Positions 19,297-27,737 of a stretch of DNA of 59,969 nucleotides are shown in pieces (position 1 is the first letter of the stretch; every line of letters starts with the position of its first letter). Below the pieces are notes generated by a model that did no database searches, was not told the DNA's origin, and saw nothing but the letters and a program-made list of their open reading frames with translations. The stretch comes from a virus. The stretch lies in the IMG/VR virus record IMGVR_UViG_3300037310_000161; one strand, 5' to 3'. The position numbers were made by a program, and so were the translations under genes.

Positions 19297-19650
19297 TTAT
19301 TTGGACAGTAGCAGTTTTACGGGTGCTGCCGATTTTGACGGTCTTGTAAAGGAGAAAGGGAGTGATTCATCACTGCACACCTCTCCCCAACTAGCGTCCA
19401 CCTTGCAGGCCCGCGCCTTGACCGTGAACGACCCTACGGGCAGGCTCGCCAGATCGTGCCAGAGAGCCCCGCCGGAATCCTTGATAGCTGCCTTCACGGG
19501 CTCTGGCGCCAGCCCGGAGACATAGTAATACTCGACCGTCGCTTGCGGATCACAGGTCAGGAATGGTGAGCCGCAAGCCAAATAGGGGCTCACCAGTAAT
19601 CCACAGAGCACCAACACGAACATCAATCTTTTCATCGAACACCCTTTCAT
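19297..19650 (-). CDS. Secreted or lipoprotein-like small protein (117 aa)
   Basis: Signal-like N-terminus MKGCSMKRLMFVLVLCGLLVSPYLACG. It has an ATGA overlap with the portal stop at 19647-19650. Confidence 0.55.
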   Translation of the reverse strand: MKGCSMKRLMFVLVLCGLLVSPYLACGSPFLTCDPQATVEYYYVSGLAPEPVKAAIKDSGGALWHDLASLPVGSFTVKARACKVDASWGEVCSDESLPFSFTRPSKSAAPVKLLLSK

Positions 19651-21605
19651 TGTGTGAGTTGCTGGCCAAACCGCTGCTGCTGCGCGATATCCTGGGCCGA
19701 GGGGATCTGCCCCTGCTGCGCTCTCGGCATCCCGGCTTCCGGCGTTTGCTGCCCCACAGGCTGTTGTGACACGTTTCCCGGCCCGCCCTGCGTCTGCATG
19801 AGAAAGGTCTTGAGCTGGATGGCGTAATCCTGGGGAAGGCCCGCCTGGATGAGGAGCTGAAGAGCCTGATCGAGCTGGCTCTCCGCCGTCCGCTCAAGGA
19901 TAGCCTTCCAGTTCGGAAAGTTGAGAGCCTCCAACAACGCCTGCCGGTCGATCACGCCGCCCTTGTAAAGCTCTTTCGCGTCTTCCATCACCTGGAGACT
20001 GGTCTTCGTGATCGTGGAGCCGGATTCCACAACGTAGTTGAATTTCCGCCCCACGTAGTCGACGCCTCGGAAGGTCCTGGGCTCATCGTTCACCGTGATC
20101 GATTCCTGTTTCCACCCGAAATTCTGAAAGAAGCTGATCGCCCACCGGCCGCGCTCCCGGACTAGATAGTCGCAAGCCCGGATCTTATGGCGCATGAGCA
20201 CCGCGTTGCGCTCTTGCAGGGTCACGATGGCTGAAGCCGCCTGGATGTTGCGCGGCGTCTCTCCCCGGTCCACGTCCTGAATGGCGAAGATCCGGTCGAA
20301 AAAGCCCAGATAGAGGTTCAGAACTTCGAAGAAGTTGGAGGGCAGGTTCGGCACCTGAAGAAACCGGATCCCCTGCGAAACCGCCGTGCTCGCTGGCCGG
20401 ATGACCAGTCCCGCGCGATTGCTGAACTTGAACTTGTCGAGCCCGGTGTCCTTGGGCAGAATGAGTGGTGGGGAACATGTCAGGTCGATGTACTGTTTGA
20501 TCCGCGAGAGAAGCTCGTTGATTTTGAACTGAAGGTCGCCCACCTGCTCGCTCGCCGAAAACCCCCAGACCGACGTGGTGTCTTCATAGCTGCAAGCCTT
20601 GGCGCACGGGAAGTTGTCCCACGCGTAGGTATCTTTCACCAACTCTGCTGGAATCGCGGGGTTGATGTTCGGGTTCGGACTGTCGTCCAGGACCAGATTG
20701 CCCCGGTTCGTAATCGTAATCTTGCGGATCCGCCCCGGATACCTGTCTCGGATCTCTTCTCCGTAGGTGACCGCCCCGCTTCTCGGGTTTGTTGTGTCTT
20801 CGATAAGCACGGTTTCCTGGGTCGGGTCGCGAAGCCAGATTTCAATCACCAGAGCCCGCGCCGTCCGGTAGTCTTTTGACGCCTTGACCGGATGCATGGT
20901 CTGGGAAAAGTTTCCCGGAGCATTGCCGGACCCATAGCGGGAGCCTGACGGGATGGGGACGTTCTCTTCCCGGTCCTCGCCAAGCAGGCTGTAAGTATCG
21001 TCAGGGTCTACACCCGCTACGCCAAACATGGTCTCCACCTCTTCGACCGAAATGGCATCAGCGAAGCAGTGGTACGGCATGTCCTGGATATCGACATAGT
21101 TTCCTGGCGCCGGAAACCAGGAGAATGGGTCCACGATGATGACCGAGGGTTGCATCCTCTTGGCATCGTAGACATATTTTTCGATGGTCGGTCCGTAGAC
21201 CTCCATCTGCGTTGCCGACCGCTGGAGGAGAGAGATCTGCTCGGTGTCCATCCACCAGTTCTTGAGCGCCGTGCTCATGAGCTGATCGGCGCTATCTTCG
21301 ATCCCGTCCGAGGTCACAACCTCCGCCACCGGGTTGCGGGCGGTGAGATTGGCCACCGTCCGCTGAATATTGGCGAAAAGCAGGTTAACCTGTACTTTGT
21401 GCCGATCATCCCGCCCCTGGAGCTTTCCGGCCCGCCAGTGATCGCCCCGGTAAAGCCTGTGCGCCTCATACCACCTGTCGGTGAGCCCCTGCCGGTCCTT
21501 CTCGGCCGTGGCGGCTTCGAAAAGCCCGTAAGCCCACAGGCCTACGTCCTTATGTCCTTCGGGCGGCGGGTTGGTGATTGACCACTCGGTATCGAACTTT
21601 GCCAT
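19647..21605 (-). CDS. Portal protein
   Basis: 652 aa, lying between the terminase and scaffold/capsid genes. The N-terminal DRWYEAHRLYRGDHW...VNLLFANIQRTVANLTARNP segment is portal-like. Needs HMM confirmation. Confidence 0.75.
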   Translation of the reverse strand: MAKFDTEWSITNPPPEGHKDVGLWAYGLFEAATAEKDRQGLTDRWYEAHRLYRGDHWRAGKLQGRDDRHKVQVNLLFANIQRTVANLTARNPVAEVVTSDGIEDSADQLMSTALKNWWMDTEQISLLQRSATQMEVYGPTIEKYVYDAKRMQPSVIIVDPFSWFPAPGNYVDIQDMPYHCFADAISVEEVETMFGVAGVDPDDTYSLLGEDREENVPIPSGSRYGSGNAPGNFSQTMHPVKASKDYRTARALVIEIWLRDPTQETVLIEDTTNPRSGAVTYGEEIRDRYPGRIRKITITNRGNLVLDDSPNPNINPAIPAELVKDTYAWDNFPCAKACSYEDTTSVWGFSASEQVGDLQFKINELLSRIKQYIDLTCSPPLILPKDTGLDKFKFSNRAGLVIRPASTAVSQGIRFLQVPNLPSNFFEVLNLYLGFFDRIFAIQDVDRGETPRNIQAASAIVTLQERNAVLMRHKIRACDYLVRERGRWAISFFQNFGWKQESITVNDEPRTFRGVDYVGRKFNYVVESGSTITKTSLQVMEDAKELYKGGVIDRQALLEALNFPNWKAILERTAESQLDQALQLLIQAGLPQDYAIQLKTFLMQTQGGPGNVSQQPVGQQTPEAGMPRAQQGQIPSAQDIAQQQRFGQQLTQ

Positions 21606-22106
21606 TTACCTTGCCTTCCGTGGTCGGCCCTTTTTTACGGGAGGTGACGATGTTGAAAGTCTGGGGAGACCCTCGAAAAGGTCTTCCATAAGCGGGCTCT
21701 TTTCCAGTGGAACTTCGGGCAGACTGTCGCTCGCCAGAAGGTCGGTCCACTCATCGTCTTCGGGGGCATATGCCTCTGCGACTTCGGCCTGTGTCTGGAT
21801 CAGGGGCATCGGTAGCTGCTCTTCGGTTCGGATCCGGCCGGAGACATCCGCATAGGGTGTCTCGCATTCCGGGCATTGCAGCGCGTCACCCGCATACCAT
21901 GGATCCTGCGGGAAGGTTGCCCAGCCCCAGGAGCGAAATGGCTCCTTCAACGTCATCATGGACCCGTTGGGGGTTAGCGGGCTATACTTGGTCTGTCTCG
22001 GATTCTTGACCTTTCCCATGCCTTTCAGGGGCTCGACATATCCGTCTTCATCAAACGTTTCGTGGAATCTTCCCCCGCACCCAGGACATACAACGTCAAG
22101 CGGCAT
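21606..22106 (-). CDS. Zinc-ribbon protein with a basic GRPRK tail (166 aa)
   Basis: Track ORF 21606..22328 trimmed to Met 75 (ATG 22106) behind a strong GGGAGAGAGAGG RBS. Sequence: MPLDVVCPGCGGRFHETF...LQCPECETPY...KKGRPRKAR. Confidence 0.55.
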   Translation of the reverse strand: MPLDVVCPGCGGRFHETFDEDGYVEPLKGMGKVKNPRQTKYSPLTPNGSMMTLKEPFRSWGWATFPQDPWYAGDALQCPECETPYADVSGRIRTEEQLPMPLIQTQAEVAEAYAPEDDEWTDLLASDSLPEVPLEKSPLMEDLFEGLPRLSTSSPPVKKGRPRKAR

Positions 22107-22452
22107 CCTCTCTCTCCCTACTGTTGATCTGGGCCAGGAACGCCGCGTTGCGTCCCAGCGTGATCGGGCTTGATTTTTCCTCGGCGAACGGGTCCGGGTA
22201 GTTCTCTTCCCCGGCATTCCATGCTGGAGGGGGTTGCCTGCGGGCATCGGGCTGCTCAAATTCGTCAAACTGCGTGATCTCCCCCTCGGGATTGGTTCGG
22301 CCCGAAGTGCCGCATACCCGTTGGCCACGGCAGCAGATCTCTGTGCCGTCTATGTGGGTCGCCCGGAAAATCATCCAGGCACCAGCACATCCGGCGATCA
22401 GGGTTGTGAAAGCCCCACCTACAAACAGAAACAATGCCTCTCTTAATTCCAT
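22096..22452 (-). CDS. Small membrane protein (118 aa, one N-terminal TM helix)
   Basis: MELREALFLFVGGAFTTLIAGCAGAWMIF followed by a hydrophilic tail. Track ORF. Confidence 0.5.
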   Translation of the reverse strand: MELREALFLFVGGAFTTLIAGCAGAWMIFRATHIDGTEICCRGQRVCGTSGRTNPEGEITQFDEFEQPDARRQPPPAWNAGEENYPDPFAEEKSSPITLGRNAAFLAQINSREREDAA

Positions 22453-22453
22453 G

Positions 22454-23905
22454 CTAATAAGCCGTCCCCAAGCTCACCCTCCGCCAGTTTTGTCCCGTGA
22501 CCCCGTTAGCCGCGACGCAGACGTACAGGTAGCTTGCATCGACCTTAATATCCCATTGGTCTCCGAGGGTTCCGTTCACTCCGCCGAGCAGGGTCGTATC
22601 GCCCCATGAGGTGTTGGAGTCGTTCTCCGTAGTTGCAATGGCATTCCCGGCAGCCCCGCGAGTCTTTGCCGTTATCGTCATGGTATCACCGGCGCCTGCC
22701 GCTGCCGCGACATCAGCGTGTACGGCGGTACCTGTGCCATATGTGGACCCCTCTCCCGCCGCGCCGTTGATGGCGGCGATGAGGTTATCTATCGTATCAG
22801 AGGCGCTCGCTCCGACCAGCACCGTATCGGCGGCCTCCGCCACCGCGTCAACGCCGCCGTTGAGAGTCGCATGGTCCCATGCGCCATTCGCCATATCCTC
22901 GGCAACGGCAATGGAGTTGCCTGCGGTCCCTGCCGCCAGAGCCTCGACCTCGATCGTGGCGGCCGAGCCCTTGCTGACTTCGACATCGTCCGGCTGTTCG
23001 GTCCCCGTGGAATACTTGGTCCCGGCCCCGGATCCGCCCGTTGCAGCCGCCACGAGGTTGTTGATGCAGGCTTCGGCGGTCACCTCGACCAGCACCTCAT
23101 TTGCCACCGTATCCGCCCCGCCGGAAAGGGTTGCCCCCGTCCAGGATGCCGCCGCCCCGTACTCCAGAGTGGCTATGGCGTTGCCCGCAACACCCGGCGC
23201 CTTGGCGGTGATCGTCGCGGTGTCCCCCGCCCCGGCAGCCGCCGAGACCGTCGGGTGCGCTACCGTGCCTGTCCCGTAGGTGGACCCTTCGCCTGCCGCC
23301 TTGTTGATTGCGGCGATGAGGTTATCCAGGGTCGCGCTCGCATCCACCCCGATCAGAACATCGTAGGCCTGCGCCAGGGTCTCGCGGAGTGTGTAGGTCG
23401 TGCTCCCGATGACGATGCGGTTGCCGTCGGTGAGATTGTTGGCCAGCGTGAGGGTGCTCGACGCCGCCGCCCCGGTGAGAGCTGCAACCCACGTGTACTC
23501 AACCCCGTTGATCGTGGTCGTGTCGTCGGCCTCCGCAACGTCGGAAAGGGTCAGCACTGCAAGGGCTTTGACCCCCGAAACACTCAGGTTGTCCACCCAT
23601 GTGTAGGTTCGGCCCCCGATTGTGACCGTGTGACCCGCCGTGGGATTGCCCGCGAGGGTCAGAGTGCCAGTCGCCGCAGCAGCATTGACCGGCGTGGCTG
23701 TCGGCGCCTTGATCTGCGCGGGTACGAGCGCGCCGCCGGAAACTGTGGCCCCTGTTGCAGTCACCGTACCCGAAATCGTCGGGGCCGTGAGCGTTGGAAA
23801 GGCCAGGGTCTTGCCGGTGAGGGTCTGAGCCCCCGTCAACAGGACGAAATCACTGAGCAGTTTGCTGGGCTCTCCACTGTCAACAAGCGGTACACGTGCG
23901 CTCAT
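22454..23905 (-). CDS. Ala/Gly/Thr-rich repeat protein, fibre- or decoration-like (483 aa)
   Basis: Internal repeats DNLIAAIN[KG]AAGEGSTYGTGT..H..V.AAAGAGDT.TITAK..G.AGNAIAT.E in 2 copies plus a diverged third, and TLTLAGNPTAGHTVTIGGRTYTWV-type repeats in 3 copies. Confidence 0.6.
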   Translation of the reverse strand: MSARVPLVDSGEPSKLLSDFVLLTGAQTLTGKTLAFPTLTAPTISGTVTATGATVSGGALVPAQIKAPTATPVNAAAATGTLTLAGNPTAGHTVTIGGRTYTWVDNLSVSGVKALAVLTLSDVAEADDTTTINGVEYTWVAALTGAAASSTLTLANNLTDGNRIVIGSTTYTLRETLAQAYDVLIGVDASATLDNLIAAINKAAGEGSTYGTGTVAHPTVSAAAGAGDTATITAKAPGVAGNAIATLEYGAAASWTGATLSGGADTVANEVLVEVTAEACINNLVAAATGGSGAGTKYSTGTEQPDDVEVSKGSAATIEVEALAAGTAGNSIAVAEDMANGAWDHATLNGGVDAVAEAADTVLVGASASDTIDNLIAAINGAAGEGSTYGTGTAVHADVAAAAGAGDTMTITAKTRGAAGNAIATTENDSNTSWGDTTLLGGVNGTLGDQWDIKVDASYLYVCVAANGVTGQNWRRVSLGTAY

Positions 23906-23919
23906 GGGTCGTGCTCCTC

Positions 23920-25389
23920 TTAGCTGTATCGCTCATCGTTATCGTGGTGAGCTGTACCATAGATAACCTCGAAATCCTTTTCCGCCTGCGACTTGGGCTT
24001 CTGGGCCGCCAGCGGAGTGATCGGCCGCGCCATGGCAATGTGGCAGCACTCGTCATAGAGATGGTCCTCGGTCGCCGTATCGATATCCTCCGGGTTGTTC
24101 TTATCCATGATGAGATTGGGCAGGGTACGGAAAAAGTGGTCGCATGTGTCATAGGCCGCCATCATGGGCCGCCCGATATCCGGCACCCTGATGCGCTCGC
24201 GGAATGCCCTGATCTTGAGCTGGCGATTTGGGTCGCCGGTGACCAAATAGATTCCCTTCTCGGCGAACACCTCGGCTGTGCTCGGGCCTTGCCCGCCGCC
24301 CCGGTAGTCCGGGCGCTTCTGGAAGCAGTCCGGCCCGGCGAGCCGGATAATGCCGCGCCCGTTGAGCTTCCAGCGGTCCTCGCGCTCAATGATGCCGTCC
24401 GCGATCTCGGAATCCGAGAGCCTCATGCCCTGGTCGGCCGTGCCATTCCACCCGTACCACTCAGCACATCGGATCACCCGGCCGTCGTTGTCCACCCACC
24501 ACCAACCGATGGAAAACGGCTTGCCGAAGCCCCAATCCATGGTCATGTAGAGCGGCTTGCCCTCGGGAACGGGCCAGAGGGGCCTGATGCCGTGGTGCTT
24601 GCGCGTGATCTCTGGGAAGGCCTGCCCCACGAAAATTTGCCAATCGCCTTCCGCGAAGGCCCTGCGGAGTTGTTCGGGAAGTGTCTGGAGCATCGCCCAG
24701 TAGTTGGGGTCCAGGTGCGGGTTATCCGTGGCCTTGCTGGGGACGTAGGCGAACATGGGCCTGTAGTCGGTTGGGGCGATCCACTCTGGTGGAAAATCGT
24801 GGTCCATCCAGAATGCTTTGACCCAGCCATGCCCCACGCCGCCAGGGTTTGTCGCGCCGATGAACTGGCACTGCCGGTCTGTGAGTCCCGGCCAGCGGAG
24901 TCTGGATCGCAGATGTGTGAATGTCTCGAAAGGGTTTTTGGTCAGCTCGTCTACCGCGATCAGGCAGAACTCGGCTGATTGATATTTGCTGGGGTCGTCC
25001 AGGTTGCGGAAACAGATCACTCCGCCGCCGAGGTAGGGAGCCAGGATGTAGCATCGCCCGTATTCCTTGTGGTCGGAGTGCATCGCACCCATCTCGGGCG
25101 GAAACTCTCTGGGGATCTTAGAGAGTTGCCGGTCCTTGAGGGCCGGATAATCTTCGCAGGCCAGCATCGAAACCGGGCGGTCCACTCCCTGCCCCGCGAG
25201 ATCGATCAGGCGTCTTACCGAATACCACCGCAGGAAATAGCTCTTGCCGCCGCCCAGCGCCCCACCATACAGCAGGAACTTGATGATCCCGCTGTCCAGC
25301 AGGTCAATAGCCTCCATCTGGCGCGGCGTGAACCGGGCCAGCTCGGTGTCGAACTCGACCTCGGCCTTAGGTGAGTAGTTCAGAGGCAT
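23920..25389 (-). CDS. terL: Terminase large subunit
   Basis: Walker A-like YGGALGGGKSY and Walker B-like CLIAVDELT, with a C-terminal nuclease-size region. It is 489 aa and overlaps the TerS stop. Confidence 0.9.
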   Translation of the reverse strand: MPLNYSPKAEVEFDTELARFTPRQMEAIDLLDSGIIKFLLYGGALGGGKSYFLRWYSVRRLIDLAGQGVDRPVSMLACEDYPALKDRQLSKIPREFPPEMGAMHSDHKEYGRCYILAPYLGGGVICFRNLDDPSKYQSAEFCLIAVDELTKNPFETFTHLRSRLRWPGLTDRQCQFIGATNPGGVGHGWVKAFWMDHDFPPEWIAPTDYRPMFAYVPSKATDNPHLDPNYWAMLQTLPEQLRRAFAEGDWQIFVGQAFPEITRKHHGIRPLWPVPEGKPLYMTMDWGFGKPFSIGWWWVDNDGRVIRCAEWYGWNGTADQGMRLSDSEIADGIIEREDRWKLNGRGIIRLAGPDCFQKRPDYRGGGQGPSTAEVFAEKGIYLVTGDPNRQLKIRAFRERIRVPDIGRPMMAAYDTCDHFFRTLPNLIMDKNNPEDIDTATEDHLYDECCHIAMARPITPLAAQKPKSQAEKDFEVIYGTAHHDNDERYS

Positions 25390-25936
25390 CCGGCTGCCCG
25401 CCTTTGTTGATCGTGATGTGGAGCGTGTTGACCTGATTTTCGATCACGTCCCCGAATAGTCGCAAGTGCTTCCCAGCCTTCTCCAGCGCTGAATTTTTGT
25501 CCCAGAACTTGTACTCCAGAATCGCCTCGGGCAGCACCAGGCCCTCGCGGGTTTTGAGCACCTTGACCTTGACGCTCGCGACCGCTCGGGCGGTGTCCTC
25601 GTCCAGATCTTGCAGCGGTATCAGCGACCCATCCGGATGAACCAGCTTTCGGGCATCCGAGAACGCAATGCGCCCGATCTCCCGCAGAACATCATCCTGT
25701 TTGATCCCGGTCCTCTCGGAGCGCGCCTGGATAGCCTGATCGACCGCCAGCTTGACCCGAGGATCCTTGAGCAGCAGACGACCGATAGTCGCTGCACTCG
25801 GGGGGTCCGGGCTGTACCCCGCCCGCACAGCCGCCGCCGAGGCGTTGAGATCGAGCAGGTACTCCTCGACAAACCGCCGCTGTTTCGGCCGGAGCCCCGC
25901 CTGATAGAGGCCTTTACGCTCGGCGCCTTCAGCCAT
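25367..25936 (-). CDS. terS: Terminase small subunit (Terminase_2-like)
   Basis: LRPKQRRFVEEYLLDLNASAAAVRAGYSPDPPSAATIGRLLLKDPRVKLAV matches the classic TerS HTH pattern. Confidence 0.85.
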   Translation of the reverse strand: MAEGAERKGLYQAGLRPKQRRFVEEYLLDLNASAAAVRAGYSPDPPSAATIGRLLLKDPRVKLAVDQAIQARSERTGIKQDDVLREIGRIAFSDARKLVHPDGSLIPLQDLDEDTARAVASVKVKVLKTREGLVLPEAILEYKFWDKNSALEKAGKHLRLFGDVIENQVNTLHITINKGGQPDASELLT

Positions 25937-26238
25937 TAGAGCAGTCTCCTGCGAGCCCAGCTCCCGGCGGGCTCAACGCACGCGGTCTGAGGCCCGCAGT
26001 AAGCGTTGATCGCCGCCCTGCACCCCAGCGAGAAGGCCTGCCAGTAGCACCACTCAGCCCCTCCTGCCAGGGGGGCCATCTGCATGGCAGCATCAGCGAC
26101 CGCCATGGCCGCGCGGGCCTCCAGGCACCGGGCAGCTCGCTCTTCCGCCGGAGCCGCCCCGTCCGGGAGACTCAGCGTCGCACACGCCGCCAGAAGCATG
26201 AGCAGCACGGCCGCCACGCTGCAGTGCATCCAGCTCAT
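25936..26238 (-). CDS. Lipoprotein, candidate o-spanin (100 aa)
   Basis: Lipobox in MSWMHCSVAAVLLMLLAAC|ATLS, plus additional Cys residues. Its start overlaps the stop of the upstream TM/coiled-coil gene (ATGA). Confidence 0.45.
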   Translation of the reverse strand: MSWMHCSVAAVLLMLLAACATLSLPDGAAPAEERAARCLEARAAMAVADAAMQMAPLAGGAEWCYWQAFSLGCRAAINAYCGPQTACVEPAGSWARRRLL

Positions 26239-26603
26239 TTCGGCCCCTCCCGTCCCCGCGCACGCGGCAACAGCTCCCCGCTCTCAATCCGCATCAATCG
26301 ATCACACACGTCCTTGTCTGCCTGCCGCAGCTCGGTTACCTGCGACGCCAGCCGGGCAATCTCAAGCTGGTTAGTCTGGCTCGCGAGACTGAGAGACCAA
26401 CCATAGCTCACAATCGTGGAGCCAATCCCAACCAGCACCATGAGGCATGTACCCATGAGCCCGACAACCCACCTGCCCGCACCCCGAAGCCAAAGCAGGT
26501 GCGCGGCTATCTCCGCCTGATTTTCCGCCAGCTCCTGATGGTACTCGCACAGGCTGTCATGATCCCGTCTGATAGGCCCGGCCACAAGCAGGCTCCCTCC
26601 CAC
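26235..26603 (-). CDS. TM plus coiled-coil protein, candidate i-spanin (122 aa)
   Basis: TM segment WVVGLMGTCLMVLVGIGSTIVSYGW followed by a helical SQTNQLEIARLASQVTELRQADKD. It is the first gene of the late operon. Confidence 0.4.
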   Translation of the reverse strand: MGGSLLVAGPIRRDHDSLCEYHQELAENQAEIAAHLLWLRGAGRWVVGLMGTCLMVLVGIGSTIVSYGWSLSLASQTNQLEIARLASQVTELRQADKDVCDRLMRIESGELLPRARGREGPK

Positions 26604-26790
26604 GCGATTTTAGGGGGTTGAGGATTACCGAGACAGGCCGGGCCGACCCCGGCCCTCCCGTGGTGCATGAGCACCTGCCGACATTGTCCAGGACCAGTAT
26701 ATCCAAGCAGTTAAGGCTGTCGATTCCAGAAATATCACACGGAGTGATTTTCCTGGGCATGGGTCAAACTGTTTCACCTGAAGTTGCCTC

Positions 26791-26900
26791 TGGTGCAACA
26801 TTCTTGTACCAAATGAAGCACTCTTGCACCAAATGTAACCGGAGTTACACTGCACCAAATGAAACATTTTTGCACCAAATGTAACCGGAGTTACACTGCA
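26791..26900. promoter_or_regulatory. Array of TTG[CT]ACCA boxes, including two perfect 31-bp direct repeats
   Basis: TGGTGCAA (26791, inverted), TTGTACCA (26804) and TTGCACCA or TGCACCA at about 26825, 26851 and 26871. The 31-mer ttgcaccaaatgtaaccggagttacactgca occurs at 26824-26854 and 26870-26900. Each copy contains the palindrome TGTAAC-cgga-GTTACA. Confidence 0.7.
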
Positions 26901-26930
26901 TCAAACGGCTCACCATGCAGCAAACCCCGC

Positions 26931-26959
26931 TTGACAATAACCCAACGTTGGGTTATTCT
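26931..26959 (+). promoter_or_regulatory. Sigma-70-like promoter with a perfect 20-bp palindromic operator filling the spacer
   Basis: TTGACA (26931-26936), a 17-nt spacer, then TATTCT (26954-26959). ATAACCCAAC|GTTGGGTTAT is at 26937-26956. An AGGAGG RBS and ATG 27035 lie downstream. Confidence 0.55.
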
Positions 26960-27034
26960 AATCATGCACAAACCACAAATCGGCTGTAAAAACAGCCGGT
27001 TAGGTAATTCTCTAACTAACACTAGGAGGACAAC

Positions 27035-27670
27035 ATGATGAAAAACGAACACCGCTCCCACCTCGTTGAAAAGCTAGCCCCGCGCTGTATCAGCTGCGGG
27101 CACACTGTGCACTTGTCGCCTTGGCAGGCCGAATGCGTATTCGGCCTGCCAAGGGCTATCCACGCGCGGTGCCTGGCGGAGAACCCGCCAGGCCGAGACT
27201 TCCTGGAGGCGGAGGGGGAGATCATTGTCCCCCTCCACCACGACAAGTACATTGTCGTGGTGTGGGTGAAAACAGAGTACCCGTTGGACCGGCGACCCCG
27301 AGTCGCCATCATATGTAACGAATCGGGGACGCCGGTTCTCGCGGCTGGATCTGTCGCCTGCCCCCTCGACACGTGGGCGCAGGTAGCCGCGAGTTTCGCG
27401 GAATTCAGCACAGACCGTCTGTGGTCTGTGCTGGGTCTCCTGGAAGGCGATGCCGTCCCCAAAACCCACTCCGATGAGTGGGACACTATACTAGAGGTGT
27501 TGGAGTTTGAAGGGCCGTTCTGGTGGGTTACACAGCCCACCTGGGAGCAGACTGACATCGTCCAAGGCCACTGGCCACCTGACCCCCCAGGTGGGGGCCA
27601 GTGGCCCTTCTCGCCCCCTCTCGGGCCGTTCTCGGCCCGTGAGGCGGCAGAGGCTGCCGCCCACCAATAA
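27035..27670 (+). CDS. Hypothetical protein (211 aa): N-terminal Cys/His cluster, C-terminal Trp/Pro-rich tail
   Basis: Track ORF with an AGGAGG RBS. It has CISCGHTVH...HARC and a tail WWVTQPTWEQTDIVQGHWPPDPPGGGQWPF. No family recognised. Confidence 0.6.
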   Translation: MMKNEHRSHLVEKLAPRCISCGHTVHLSPWQAECVFGLPRAIHARCLAENPPGRDFLEAEGEIIVPLHHDKYIVVVWVKTEYPLDRRPRVAIICNESGTPVLAAGSVACPLDTWAQVAASFAEFSTDRLWSVLGLLEGDAVPKTHSDEWDTILEVLEFEGPFWWVTQPTWEQTDIVQGHWPPDPPGGGQWPFSPPLGPFSAREAAEAAAHQ

Positions 27671-27737
27671 ACGCCGCCCGATACCCCCCCCGGACCGTTC
27701 GGGGGCTGGGTATCGGGTGGGGACACGAAAGGAAACC

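Noticed and set aside
26618-26884. 88-aa plus-strand ORF (and an 80-aa minus-strand ORF) in the late/early control region, including a CTKCNRSY peptide
   Set aside because: It lies entirely in AT-richer repeat/operator DNA with no RBS. The peptide repeats simply mirror the 31-bp DNA repeats.
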